The notes under the pieces: model-generated
What the model was told of the DNA's origin: nothing
Databases searched by the model: none
Seen by the model: only the letters and a program-made list of their open reading frames with translations
DNA from: Rebecca billardiae RCC1528
Lineage: Eukaryota; Protista; Haptophyta
Direction of reading: 5' to 3'
Length of the DNA: 64,000 nucleotides
Assembly (NCBI GenBank): GCA_965240325.2
Contig: OZ251234.1
Coordinates: 992,001 to 1,056,000 of the forward strand
Program-made: the position numbers and the translations under genes
Part shown: one piece after another, positions 22,667 to 33,957 of the stretch
Numbering within the stretch: position 1 is the stretch's first letter
Layout of the letters: each line of letters begins with the position of its first letter

Positions 22667-24658
22667 ATGGCAGCGCGCGAGGCCATCGCGGCGCACGCGG
22701 CGGCCTTCGCGATGCACGTGGAGCGCACGCTTGCTCGCCCGGACCGTGCTACGGAGCCTCGTGTGTGCGTCAGCGAGGGAGGCGACGAGCTCAGCGCCAA
22801 CCTCGAGCGCCTCACCCTCGGCGGCGCGGCCGCGGGCGCGCCTCGGGCCGAAGCGCCGCCGCTGCGCCTGCTCGCACCGGTGCCGCGCTTCAAGAAGCGG
22901 GCGGAGGGCGTCGATGGCCGCGACGCACTCGCTGCGCCCGTCGTGCCCAGTGTGGGGGACATGGTCCCTGGCGGCGTGGCGCGCGCAGACGCGCCGCCGC
23001 CGCCGACACACGTGGCTGACGCGCGGCACGTGCATCGGCGGCACGCGTGGCGGCAGGGCCACGTGCAACGAGCCTTCCCGGGGAGCACGGGCGCGAGTGC
23101 GCCGCCCAAGGGCGCGGGCGCGTCGTGCCACGCCCACCGTACCGCTGCCACCGCCGCCGCCGCCTTCGCCGCCGCCCCCGGCGCGGGCGGCGCGCGCCGC
23201 GCCGAGGTTGTGGTGGTGGTGGACACGAGCGTTTGGGTCGATACGGCGGAGCGGCTGTGCGCGTGGGCACGCGCGGAGGGGCTGTGCATCGGCGTGCCGT
23301 TCGCGGTGGTGCGCGAGCTCGACGGGCTCAAGCTCTCCCCGGGCGCCCGCGGCACCGCGGCGCGCGCAGCCATCGGTGCCATCAACACGCACGTGCGCCC
23401 AGCCCAGCCGACGGCGGGCTCTGATTCCGCCGCCGACGGTGGCGGCAGCGGCCTGCGCCCGCTGCGCGTGCGGCTGCAGGCGTTCCACGAGGTGTACCAC
23501 ACGGTCACGACGAGCGCGCCGCCCGTGAACGCGGACGAGCAGATCCTCGACTTCTGCCTCTGGCTGCGCGACATCGCCGGCGCGTGCCCCGTGCTCGCCT
23601 CCGCGGACGGCGCGCTGCGCGTGAAGGCGCGCGCCAACGGTCTGCCGCACGGCCTGGAGGGCGTGCGCGAGGCGCAGGCGCAGCTCAGGGCGGGCGCGCG
23701 CGCGGAGGTGCACGGCGGCGCGTCGACGGCGTCGCCGCCGCGCGCAGCCGAGGCACGCCGCGCGCACGCTGACCCTGCGGCGGGGCACGCGCATGTCGGC
23801 GCGGGCGGCCGCGCACAGGCGCACGGCGCGCAGCCCTCGCCGGGCGACGCGCGTTGCGCGAGCATTGTCGGATGTGGCGATGCGGCGGGCGCCGAGGCAG
23901 GCGGCGAGGAGGACGAGGAGTCGCTGCGTGCACAGCTGCTCGTGAAGGAGGCCGAAGTTGCCTCACTCCGCGCGCGACTTGAGCGCGCCGTCCGCCGGCG
24001 CGAGGCGTGCGTGGGCGCGCCCGCGCCGGCCGAGGCTGCTGCGGCCTCGGCCGGGCCCAGTGCTCGGGGTCAGGCCGCCGCTGCGGCCGAGGGTCGCGTC
24101 GCCTCGGCCGCAGGCGAGATCTCCATCGGCCCGCCTGCGGCCGCTGCCTCTCGCGGCAGCAGCAGCCCCGCGCACTCGCCCGCAAGCGCCCTGACCTCGG
24201 CCACGGTCAATGCGGCCGCGGCACCCGCCGCGCAGTCTCCGCCGAGCTCGGCCTCGGGCTCGGCTGGACAGCGTGTCGGCGTCGAGCTGCTCAGTGCATC
24301 CGCGGAGGCGCTACAACGGCTGCCAGGCGTGGGCCCGGCGCTCGCTGCGCGCATCGTCGAGCACCGCGCGCGCACGCCCTTCCGCTGCGTGGACGATCTG
24401 AGCAGCGTGAAAGGCGTCGGCGCGCAGCTGCTGGCTGCCCTGCGCCCGCTGGTGCGCGTGGCGCCGACCGCGACTGCCCCTCCCGGCGGGCGTCACGTGG
24501 CTGCCGCGCCGGCACCGGCGCCGGGCGAGGAGCCCGCTCGGACACTGGTGGACGAGCGTTCGACGCCGGTGGCCGTCAGAACACCCGTCACGCCAGACGC
24601 AGGAGAAGCGCCGGCTGGCCTGAGCCCGCTCGAGTCGGAGCGCCGACAACTCGAATAA
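22667..24658 (+). CDS. PIN-domain (SWT1/SMG6-like) nuclease fused to a ComEA-like helix-hairpin-helix domain
   Basis: PIN motifs VVVDTSVWV, VPFAVVRELDGLK, NADEQILDFC and LASADGALRVKA. HhH_3 segment SASAEALQRLPGVGPALAARIVEHR..PFRCVDDLSSVKGVG. Confidence 0.85.
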   Translation: MAAREAIAAHAAAFAMHVERTLARPDRATEPRVCVSEGGDELSANLERLTLGGAAAGAPRAEAPPLRLLAPVPRFKKRAEGVDGRDALAAPVVPSVGDMVPGGVARADAPPPPTHVADARHVHRRHAWRQGHVQRAFPGSTGASAPPKGAGASCHAHRTAATAAAAFAAAPGAGGARRAEVVVVVDTSVWVDTAERLCAWARAEGLCIGVPFAVVRELDGLKLSPGARGTAARAAIGAINTHVRPAQPTAGSDSAADGGGSGLRPLRVRLQAFHEVYHTVTTSAPPVNADEQILDFCLWLRDIAGACPVLASADGALRVKARANGLPHGLEGVREAQAQLRAGARAEVHGGASTASPPRAAEARRAHADPAAGHAHVGAGGRAQAHGAQPSPGDARCASIVGCGDAAGAEAGGEEDEESLRAQLLVKEAEVASLRARLERAVRRREACVGAPAPAEAAAASAGPSARGQAAAAAEGRVASAAGEISIGPPAAAASRGSSSPAHSPASALTSATVNAAAAPAAQSPPSSASGSAGQRVGVELLSASAEALQRLPGVGPALAARIVEHRARTPFRCVDDLSSVKGVGAQLLAALRPLVRVAPTATAPPGGRHVAAAPAPAPGEEPARTLVDERSTPVAVRTPVTPDAGEAPAGLSPLESERRQLE

Positions 24659-24869
24659 GCTGCTCACTCAATGCCGATCGCCCGAGCGAGTCGCCAGTCC
24701 GTATACGCCACGGTGCGGTACTGAATCGGTACCATGCAAGTACAACGGTATGACCACGCGGCTTATTGCAGTCGATCGTAGGCGATTGTCACATGATGTG
24801 AAAGTTGACCGTAGTCTGACGGGCGTAGTGACGGTGCGTTGGCCGCTGCTATGGTACTGGACCGTGACG

Positions 24870-26843
24870 ATGGCGGCCGCCGTGATGCTGTGCGTCGCGC
24901 TGGGGTTCCTCCGGGCGAACGCGTGGCTGAGCGCGCTGCCAGTCGAGCGCATCGAGCGGCCACACGCCAACGCGTCCACTACCCCCGCGGCGGAAGGCGT
25001 GCACGTGCTCGCTATTGTCGAGCGCACGCCCGTCGCGCGGCGTGCGTTTGCGGCGCGCGCGTTCGCCGCATCGGCCCACGTCGAGTCGGTCGAGTTCGTC
25101 GACCCCGTGTGGCTGAACGAGCCTGTCGAGCGCGCGCGCGTGCTCGGCAGCCGCAGCTTCGCGCACCTCCACTGCGCCGAGTGGCGCGAGTCCGCGATCA
25201 GCCAAGTGGGCGCGTGGGCGGCGTGGATGCGCGCTCTCTCGCAAGCGTCCGCGCGCGCGCGCCCGTCGGTGCTGGTGGAGGCGGACGTGCACTTCGTCCG
25301 TGGCGCGTTCGACGCTCACATCGCGCGGATCAACGCGCTCATGCGCGCGTGCGCCGTCGACCTCGTCTTCCTTGGCTCGTGCTTCGAGTGGCTGGGGGCG
25401 GTGGACACTTGCTGGCGCTTGGACGGCGGCGTCGCGGCGGCGGCGCCGCCTCTCAGCCTCTTCCGCCCGCGCAAGCCGCTGTTGGGCGCGCACGGGCTTC
25501 TGGTCGGCCCGAAGGGGGCGTCGCGCCTCGCGCATGTGACGGGTCGGTACCTCGAGCTGTACCACGCCACGCTGAGCAGCCCCAACTTCACCCAGCCCGA
25601 TCCGTCCAACTGCTCTGCCGCTTACCGCGCGGAGACTCGGGCAGCGGGCGCGCTGGTGCCCCCGGTCGGAGACCCGGCGTACGCGCCGTCGTGGCTGCGC
25701 GTGTCCACGGGGAAGGATAGCCTGGTGATGGACGCGGTGTACACCGAGCGGCTGGCGGCGCTGCACGCGTGGCCGCAGCTCACGCTGCAGGCCGTGGGCA
25801 CGCGCCTCTCCGAGCCGAGCCACAACTACACTGCGCCGCCGCGCAAGTGCCAGCGGGGCCGCGCCAAGAAGCCCAAGCCGCGGCCGCAGCCCGGCCGCTG
25901 CCCGCTCGGCGGCATAGTGAGCAGCAAGTGGACGGCGCGCAAGGCGCGGCGGGCCCGGCACGACGGGCAGGGCGAGCAGACCAAAGACGCCGCGCCCGAC
26001 GCGTGGACGCCGCCGCCGCCGCTCGACGCCGCCGAGCTCGAGGCCGCGCTCGAGGCCGCGCGCGCCGCTCCGCTCGTGCCGCGCATGCGGTTGGACGACC
26101 TGCGCACGTTTGTGCTGCTCGTGCGGCAGTGGCTGGACCACCCGGGCGCGGTGTTCGTCGAGTGGGGCTCGGGTGGCAGCACGCACCTCGTGCTCAGCTC
26201 GACGCCCGCGAGCGTGTACTCTGTCGACTCTGTCGGCGCGTGGCTCGAGCGCGTCTCCGCCTCGCTGCCGCTGCCGCTGCTGCCGCGCTACAACCCGATC
26301 GAGGCGAGCATCGGACCGACCGCCGACTGGGGCCGGCCGGCCGAGCTGCCCGTGCCGGCGGCGCTGGCGCGCGGGTACGTGGGCGCGCTCGGGGCGCGGC
26401 TGCGCGAGGCGGACGTCGTCTTCATCGACGGCCGCTTCCGCGTGCGCTGCGCGCTCGAGACATTCTCGCACGCGCGGCGCGGCGCGGTCGTCGCCGTGCA
26501 CGACTTCTTCGGCCGGCCGCAGTACAACCTGATCTACTCACTTTTCCATCGGCTGGTGCCGGGCACGGACGAGCGCGGGCGCGTGGGGCTGCGCGTGCTG
26601 GGCGAGGACGAGACGACGCCCAGCCACGGCGACCTCGCCGTCTTCGTCCACCTCAACGACACGCTCGCGCTGAGCGAGGCGGGCGTGGCCGCGGGCGAGG
26701 CCGAGCTCGCGCCGCTCAAGGCCCTCTTCCTGCGCGACTACATGATGCGCACGCGGCGGCGGGCGCGGCGGGGACGGCGGCGGCGGGCGCGCCGGCTCCT
26801 GCGCGCGCGCCGCCGGGCGTCATCCGCGGACAGTCGTATATGA
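24870..26843 (+). CDS. Type II membrane glycosyltransferase (GT25-like) fused to a class I SAM methyltransferase
   Basis: N-terminal signal anchor. GT25-like motifs SQVGAWAAW, VLVEADV, DLVFLG, GAHGLLVGPKGA. Methyltransferase motifs VEWGSGGST, YSVDS..W, DVVFIDGRFR..C, VHDF..RPQY. Confidence 0.7.
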   Translation: MAAAVMLCVALGFLRANAWLSALPVERIERPHANASTTPAAEGVHVLAIVERTPVARRAFAARAFAASAHVESVEFVDPVWLNEPVERARVLGSRSFAHLHCAEWRESAISQVGAWAAWMRALSQASARARPSVLVEADVHFVRGAFDAHIARINALMRACAVDLVFLGSCFEWLGAVDTCWRLDGGVAAAAPPLSLFRPRKPLLGAHGLLVGPKGASRLAHVTGRYLELYHATLSSPNFTQPDPSNCSAAYRAETRAAGALVPPVGDPAYAPSWLRVSTGKDSLVMDAVYTERLAALHAWPQLTLQAVGTRLSEPSHNYTAPPRKCQRGRAKKPKPRPQPGRCPLGGIVSSKWTARKARRARHDGQGEQTKDAAPDAWTPPPPLDAAELEAALEAARAAPLVPRMRLDDLRTFVLLVRQWLDHPGAVFVEWGSGGSTHLVLSSTPASVYSVDSVGAWLERVSASLPLPLLPRYNPIEASIGPTADWGRPAELPVPAALARGYVGALGARLREADVVFIDGRFRVRCALETFSHARRGAVVAVHDFFGRPQYNLIYSLFHRLVPGTDERGRVGLRVLGEDETTPSHGDLAVFVHLNDTLALSEAGVAAGEAELAPLKALFLRDYMMRTRRRARRGRRRRARRLLRARRRASSADSRI

Positions 26844-26944
26844 ATGGCTAGTGCGCTGGACCGCCAGGCGGCTGTCGTCGCCTCGTCATCAATCTAAGAT
26901 TCATCAATCTTGGACTCATAATCGATAATCAGGCGCTGCGCTAC

Positions 26945-26947
<3 letters not shown>

Positions 26948-26979
<32 letters not shown>
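26948..26979. repeat. (TA)n microsatellite
   Basis: Direct reading. Confidence 0.95.
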
Positions 26980-26980
<1 letters not shown>

Positions 26981-27195
26981 CTGTCTCGTCGGGCGTCATT
27001 AGAGCAGTCTTACTCAGCATATCAGTAGTAGTCGTCAGCGTCAGCGTCACTACTTAGCAGTGAGTAGGCGCCGCGTATAGATGGCATCGTCGATTCATCG
27101 CGTCGTCATGAGACTCATCGATCTCCGACCCGGTGACGGTGTGATGCGCTGGTCGCAGACGATACAGTCGTCGCCGCCGAGTGGCGGCGCCGCGC

Positions 27196-29302
27196 TCACA
27201 CCATCAGACTCGCCGGCTTGGCACCAACGCTGAAAGCACCGAGGCTGGGACCATCGCCATCTTCGGCGTCATACCACTCCGGCGGCTTCTCGGTATCGGA
27301 GCCGCCATCTGCAGCCGCGGCGCGCTGCTGCTCACTCGCCTCTGCGCGCGCCCTCCGCCAGCGCTGCACGAGCATGAGCAGCGGCACGATCAGCATGCCC
27401 ACGGTCATCGGCGCCAGGCCGAGCAGGTAGCCGATCGTGAGGAACCACGCGGGGAACTCGGCGGCGAATGGCGAGGCAAACTCGGCGTACACCTGCACCG
27501 CACCGAGCACGCTGAGCAGCGCGGGCAGCACGTAGCACCACGCGGCCTTGAGCGCGAGGCGCGCCGCGCGCGGCATCTCGCCCGTCTCGTGCGCGATCTC
27601 CTCCAGCAGGTCGTCCACGCCGTACGCCCACGTCACGAGCAGGCACTCGCCCAGCCCGGTCGCGACGGTCAGGAAGAGAGTGTCGAAGTGGTCGGACAGC
27701 TCGATCCAGTACGGCCCGGCCGGGCTGACGTACACGAGGCCGGCGCAGAAGCCGAGCGCGTGCAGCGCGAGCGGCACGAGCTCGCGCACGCGCGCGTTGC
27801 TCAGCGGGACGCGCGCCGAGGAGCGCGCGAGGTCGGTGAGCCCGACCGTGAGCGGCGTCGTCATCGACGGGGCCGACGTGACGCCCTGCGGGCCGTGTGC
27901 GGGTGCGGGTGCGCGCGCGCGCCACGTGACAGTCGCGTGAGTGCGTACTAGCCGTAGACAGTCGCGTGAGTGCGTGCAGTGCTGGCCGTACGGCGTGCCG
28001 GGCGCTCCGCCGCGTAGCACGCCGCAGCGCGGCGCGCGCGGCGGCGCACCAGGTTGACCAGCATGACGAAGAAGGCCACTGCCCACAGCTGCGGCCACGG
28101 CATCAGCGCGAGCACCTGCGGGAACACCTCGAACGCGAGCGACGTGCCGCCGACCGCCACCGCGGAGATCGGCACGCCCTGCGTGTGCGCCAGGTGGCCG
28201 AGGAAGGCGAAGACCGTGCAGGCTGCGCGGCGCAGGGCGGCGGCGGCGCGCGTCACGCACCCGCCACGCGCCGCCCCCCGCTCGCTCGCTCGCGCGCATC
28301 CGCGCAGCGCGCGCGGCGCGGTGGATCGGCGGGCTCGCGCGCCGCACCGGCGAGGATGGAAAAGGCCGAGTTGGCGAGGCCGACGATCGCGGCGCTCGAG
28401 ACGATGGGCTGGGTGCGGTGGTTGTACGAGGCGTAGGTGGTGAGCGCGCCCAGCCCCGCCGAGGCGGAGAAGAAGATCTGCGCGATCGCCACGATCCAGA
28501 TCTCGGGCTGATCTCGCAGCACCGCGAAGTCGGGCGTAAATAAAGCCGCCAGCCCGGCGCGCGAGCCCTCGAGGCTGAGCCCGCGCACGAGCAGCGCGAG
28601 CAGCACGACGACGGGCAGCGGCATCAGCAGCTCGGACAGCCGGCCGAGCGTGTTCGACGTGCCGCGCACGCCCAGGTACATCGCCGACCACACGAACGCG
28701 TAGCCCGCGACCAGCCACGGCAGCGGCGCGCCCGGCGTATCCACACCGTCCGCCTGCTGCACGAGCGAGCCGTACCACGCGGCCGCGCCCTCGCGCACCC
28801 AGGGCAGCGGCGCGCGGAACGACGCGACGAGGTAGCATGCGCTGTATGCAAGCAGCGCCGAGTAGTACAGCGCTACACAGAAGGAGCCGAACGACGTTGC
28901 CCAGCCGAAGCCCTCGGCGAGCGGCGAGAGGCGCGCCATGATCTCGACGTGGCCGGCCTGCATCATCTGGCCGAGCGAGAACTCGAGCACGACCATCGGG
29001 ATGCCTGCGACGAAGAGGGCGAAGAAGTACGGCACGAGGAACGCGCCGCCGCCATATCTGTACGCGAGCATCGGGAAGCGCCACACGTTGCCGAAGCCGA
29101 CCGCCGAGCCGATCGACGCGAGCACGAACGTCCAGCGCGAGGACCAGCGCTCGCGCGCTGTGGAGGAGAAGCGCTCGATCGAGCTGGGAGAGCGCGCAAA
29201 GCGCGGCCGCTCGTCCTCGAGCGTGGTCACCCACGACAGCGAGGGCGCGAAGCGTGCGATGCGCAGCGGCGACGTCGGGGAACTCGGCGATTCATTCGGC
29301 AT
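27196..29302 (-). CDS. Sodium:neurotransmitter symporter (SLC6/SNF family) (exons 29302-28348, 28222-28050, 27885-27196)
   Basis: RERWSSRWTFVLASIGSAVGFGNVWRFP..YGGGAFLVPY, LEFSLGQ, AQIFFS, YASYN, LAFEVFP; two GT-AG introns. Confidence 0.93.
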
Positions 29303-29401
29303 CGCCGCTCGCCTTTGCGCCCGCTGCACCTCCCTCCCGGTCGGCAGTCGGCACAAGCTCAAAGCGTGCCAACGGCGAAGTGAAAAACGTCATCAGCGGC
29401 A

Positions 29402-30499
29402 ATGGCGGCGAAGCGCGAGCGCACATCGGAAGCACCCGGGCGCGGCGCACAGGACGCGTTTCTCGAGGAGGCGCACGGCCTCCTTAGCTTTGACGCCGAG
29501 GCGTGTGCTGCCCGCGTGCGCGCGTTCGTTGGCGGCCTTGCGACCGGCACGCGCGTGGCGCTCGTCACGTCGGGCGGCACAACCGTGCGGCTTGAGGCGC
29601 GCACCGTGAGGTTTGTGGACAACTTCTCGACCGGCGGCCGCGGGGCGGCGTGCGCGGAGGAGCTGCTCATGCGCGGATACGCCGTCGTCTTCCTCCACCG
29701 TCGCGGCTCCGCCTTCCCGCTGGCGCGCACCCCTGACGGCGCGCCTCTCGACGGGCGCGCGCTTCTCGAGCTCGTGCGCGCAGGGCGCGCGGCTGCGTAC
29801 GTCGAGGGCGTGCGCGACGGGCTGGCGCGCGCGGGCGCGGCGGAGCGCCTGCTCGTGCTCGAGTTCTGGGACGTGTACGAGTACGTCGCCACGCTGCGCG
29901 CCGCCGCGCTCGGCGCGCGCGGCGCGCGCGCGCTCGTCGTGCTCGCGGCCGCGGTGAGTGACTTTTATTTGCCAGTGTCGCAGCTGCCTGCGCACAAGAT
30001 CCAGAGCCGGGGCGGCGGCGGGCTGCGGCTCGAGCTGCACGAGGTGCCCAAGTTCCTTGGCGCGTTCAAGACGCGCGTCACGCCCGCGCACGACGACGCG
30101 CCGTGGGCCGCCGACGCGCTCCTCGTCTCGTTCAAGCTCGAGACCAACCGACACATCCTGACAGCCAAGGGCGCAGGCGCTATCAAGGCGTATGGTGCAG
30201 ACGCGGTCGTGGCGAACGAGCTCGCGTCGTACAAGGCGCGCGTGACGCTGCTCACGCCGACGGAGGCGGTGCGTGCGGGGCACACGGAGGTGCACGTCGG
30301 CGGGCCCATCGTCGGCGACGAGACCGAGGACGTGGCCGTCACGGGCGTGGACGCGCGCGTCATCGAGGCGGGCGGCGCGCCGGGCGCGGGGCCGACCGCG
30401 CGGTCCGCTTCGCTCGAGGCCGCGCTCGCGGATGCACTCGCCGAAGCTCACGGCGCACACCTCAGCCGTGGCGCGCCGGCCGCAAAGGGGCAGGGGTGA
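29402..30499 (+). CDS. PPCS: Phosphopantothenate--cysteine ligase
   Basis: [51 protein letters not shown]. Confidence 0.93.
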   Translation: MAAKRERTSEAPGRGAQDAFLEEAHGLLSFDAEACAARVRAFVGGLATGTRVALVTSGGTTVRLEARTVRFVDNFSTGGRGAACAEELLMRGYAVVFLHRRGSAFPLARTPDGAPLDGRALLELVRAGRAAAYVEGVRDGLARAGAAERLLVLEFWDVYEYVATLRAAALGARGARALVVLAAAVSDFYLPVSQLPAHKIQSRGGGGLRLELHEVPKFLGAFKTRVTPAHDDAPWAADALLVSFKLETNRHILTAKGAGAIKAYGADAVVANELASYKARVTLLTPTEAVRAGHTEVHVGGPIVGDETEDVAVTGVDARVIEAGGAPGAGPTARSASLEAALADALAEAHGAHLSRGAPAAKGQG

Positions 30500-30795
30500 T
30501 CGCGTCGCTCAAGCGGGGACAGGCCTAGCACCGGCACGGCCGCGCACCGGGGCTCGGCCCCCTGGCCCTGCGCTGCCGCTGCGTTGCGCGCTCGGTCCTT
30601 CCTGTGACTCCTGTCGTCTCGCTCTCGGTGAGCTGATCAAGAATGTAGAGCGCGCCTGTGCAGCGCTCTGAGCTCCCGGAGCCCGAGACACGCCTTTCCG
30701 CGGTCCTGGAGACCGTGATGTACTGTAGGCCCTCGCGTCCGGACTTGTCGTTTGCGTCGCTGCGGCGGCGGGCCGCGGGGGGCGCCATCCCGGCC

Positions 30796-31401
30796 ATGCC
30801 GTCCGCGGATCCATCGGCGCCCGCGCCGCAGGCGATGGTGCGCGTGGAGGCACTCACAGAAGAGCGGCTCACCGGCGTGCTCAAGGTCCACAACGCCTTC
30901 ATCGGCGCCGGCAAGGGGATGTGCGGCGGCATCTGCCCGTACGCGTGCTGCCCGCAGAGCGAGATGGAATTTGGCGGCCCGTTCAGGCGCTCGCCAGAGA
31001 TGATGGAGACGAGCTCGGCGGCGGTGCGCGAGGACGGCACCGTGGTCGGCTTCGCGCACATGGTCTTGCACGGCATGCGCCGCGACCCCTTCGCCAGCTG
31101 CCTGCACTCCACAAGGCCGGGCGAGGCGTACATCGAGGAGCTCGCCGTCTCGGCCGACGCGCGCGGGCAGGGCGTGGGTACGAAGCTGCTCGAGCGGTGC
31201 GAGGAGATGGCGCGGGCGCGCGGAGCGACGGTGCTCTCGTTAGCCGTCGTCAAGGGCAATCCCGCCATACGGCTCTACGAGCGCTTCGGGTTCGTGCGCT
31301 TGCCAGACGAAGGCGTGTGCACCACCCTGGTCGTCTGCTGCGTGATCGGCTTGCCGCACGGCCAGTGCGGCGGCTACAGCATGGAAAAGCCGTTGCAGTA
31401 G
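30796..31401 (+). CDS. GNAT-family N-acetyltransferase
   Basis: YIEELAVSADARGQGVGTKLL acetyl-CoA motif A and NPAIRLYERFGF. Confidence 0.9.
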   Translation: MPSADPSAPAPQAMVRVEALTEERLTGVLKVHNAFIGAGKGMCGGICPYACCPQSEMEFGGPFRRSPEMMETSSAAVREDGTVVGFAHMVLHGMRRDPFASCLHSTRPGEAYIEELAVSADARGQGVGTKLLERCEEMARARGATVLSLAVVKGNPAIRLYERFGFVRLPDEGVCTTLVVCCVIGLPHGQCGGYSMEKPLQ

Positions 31402-31740
31402 GGCCGTGGGCGGATGGGCCGCGTGACGCGCGGGCACCGGCGCGGGAGGCATCATGCAGGGCATTGCCTGATGGCCAATAAGACTGAAATTGGGTTTGAG
31501 CGTAAGCCGCCTGTCAGAAGTGACGGCCGCGGCCGCTCACTCCGCGTTACGGTTAGGATCCGGGCAGAGCGCAGCCGACTGACGACGGCACTAGAGTAGG
31601 TGGTAGTACGACCAGCCAGCACGACATCCCATGTGGGTCACAGTCTTACCGCGACACCGTATGATGTAGGCGGCCAGCAATCTGTACGAAACTGACGGAT
31701 TATAGCGTCTTATATGCCCGTAGTCACTGCCGTTGCCATA

Positions 31741-32250
31741 CAGGCAATCGCGCGGGCAATAAGAAGCTGTCACGTTAAGAAACTGGGGCTTGCTATCTGC
31801 GGTTCTGGCCTAGAAACTGAGGCTAGCGATTGGCTGGTTCGCTATACGCATAGTCACACTAAGAAACCGGGACGACGTCGTCCCGGCTGACGAGTGGTCC
31901 GCCGAGGGGCGAGGCGCAGTCGGCCCGTCGGGGACGCGGCGCGCGGCCCGACTACGAGTACAGGCCAAGTCCCGACTTCTCCTGATGACTGACTCCTGGC
32001 CAGTGCACCGCAGCATCCATGCAACATCATCATGCCAGATTTGCTCCAAAAAGGCCCAAAAGTTTCGTCGGCCTCGCCGGCCGGGCCTAAAGACTCAGCG
32101 GGGGGCTCTGCCCCCCTGCGCCCCCCGCGCCTGCGCGGCGGGCGGACCTAGCTAAGAAACTGAGACTCCGTAGGCGCTCGGGCTACCGAACGGCTAAGAA
32201 ACCGAGGCTAGCCGTGAGATCTCTGACTTCTTATTGCCCGCGATTGCCTG
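31741..32250. mobile_element. MITE, Tc1/mariner-type (TA TSD)
   Basis: TA|CAGGCAATCGCG(CG)GGCAATAAGAAG ... CTTCTTATTGCCCGCGATTGCCTG|TA, with internal repeated TAAGAAAC(T/C)G motifs and no coding capacity. Confidence 0.88.
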
Positions 32251-33957
32251 TACCAGTCATACCACTCGCGTCGTTAATACTTTATAACTACGTTGCGCGC
32301 AGCTCAGTAGTCAGTTAATTCAGACAGTTACAGTACTTGAATAATACTTCGGATCGGTGACAGGATTAATCTCGGATCAGTAGTTAGGCGTACCTCTAGA
32401 ATCCGAGTCGGAGTCCGCGTGGCACTACTGCCTACTGGCACATCACTCACATCGCGGTCGGCCGCAGGAATTATAACGTTGATGATGCCACTAGTAACGT
32501 TGACACTGTTATTAGACTGAGCAGTTATTCATCACGGCCGCCGATCCGGGGCTGTCTGAGTTCGTCAGCCCGGAGCCCGCCCCGGCGGGGCCCGCGCCGC
32601 TCGACGGCGCTGACGGCTCGGGGCGGGCTCGGCTGCACCGCCCGGTCACGCGGACCGGTACTGGTAGTCACTAGACGATGCTGCAGGCAGCAGGGCCCGA
32701 GGCTGAGCCACCCGACGGGCTCGCCACTACAGATGGCTCGCGTCGGCTCGGCGAGGAGTGTAATCGGCGCGGATGGTTTCACTAGTCAGCTCAGGCGCGT
32801 GTCCGCGTGACTGCCATGAGTGATCCGACATCCTATTCCTCGGGTGGGCGTGGCGCAGATTAGACACGGACTTAGCGGGACTGTGACCTGGTCGGTGGTC
32901 CTGTGACTGTGTCTGTGAATTCCCGCTCAGTGACGCGGGCCGCTGCCGCCCGCCTCTGCCTGCCACTCACTAGATCTGACGTTGTCAAGATGCTCTGTGA
33001 TCTGTCCGTGAGCCGCTCTCACCGATAATAATACTGCTGACACTGCAGTAATCACGCCTTAACAGATGACCTGCTGAAGAGTCGTGTGCACTCGTTAAAT
33101 AGTCATAGTAAACTGTAGTGGCAGTTGAGGCAGGCGCATCCGTTGCACGACCGTCGTCCATACATCGACGCTTGCTCGGAGACGAGTCTCAAACAAGCCG
33201 TCCCGTGGTAGCCGTGATGGCCGAGGCGGCGGTTGCTCTCTCGATGATGTGTATGCCAAACGCCATCGGGCGTCACGGCGCCTGAAGAAGTCCGCGGGAG
33301 TGTGGGCGATGGGCGGCATGGCGACGATAGACTGCAGACGAGTACTGCAGCGATATTCGATCAACGGAAGTGATCGAATATCGCATCCATGGTCGCACCA
33401 TTTGCGGTCGGCTTCGTGCTGCCGGGGCTACTCGCTGGGGCAAGTCGATGTTCGAGTCGTACCATGAGGTGATGTGCAGTAGCAGTCACCAGCCACGGTC
33501 ATACATACATCCTCCATCGGAACGAGGTCGGTGAACGCCATCACCCCGAGGTAGCCTTGATACTCGAGGTGATGGTTTCTCTTCTCAACGTCCAGGACAA
33601 ACGCCGTCGGCGTCGCGGGGTTGATGAAGTCCATGCTGGTGGCCAGGGGGCAGGGGCGGACAAGTACTGTAAAGTAGTCATCGGCAACGGGCGGCGCGGC
33701 GCAGGTCAGAACGAAAATAAGGGGGGAAAATGCTTGCTGGCAGTTCTTTTTGAGTTTCGGCGGGCGGACGATGTTTCATCGCTACATTTTGCTGTGAGCC
33801 GGCCTTGCTCGTGTGGGAAGGTACCCGCCGCGACTCCGGCAACCGCGCGGTGGCCCGTGGGGATTTTAGCGCGGCGCGGCGCGAAGGCGAGCTCGCGCAC
33901 TGCGACGAGGGGAGTCAAGTCGTGCTCGTGCGCGCCGGTGCATAGCGTGGTGCTACC

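Noticed and set aside
31777-32210. CRISPR-like array from the TAAGAAAC repeats
   Set aside because: The repeats are short and irregularly spaced inside a MITE in a eukaryotic genome, with no cas genes.
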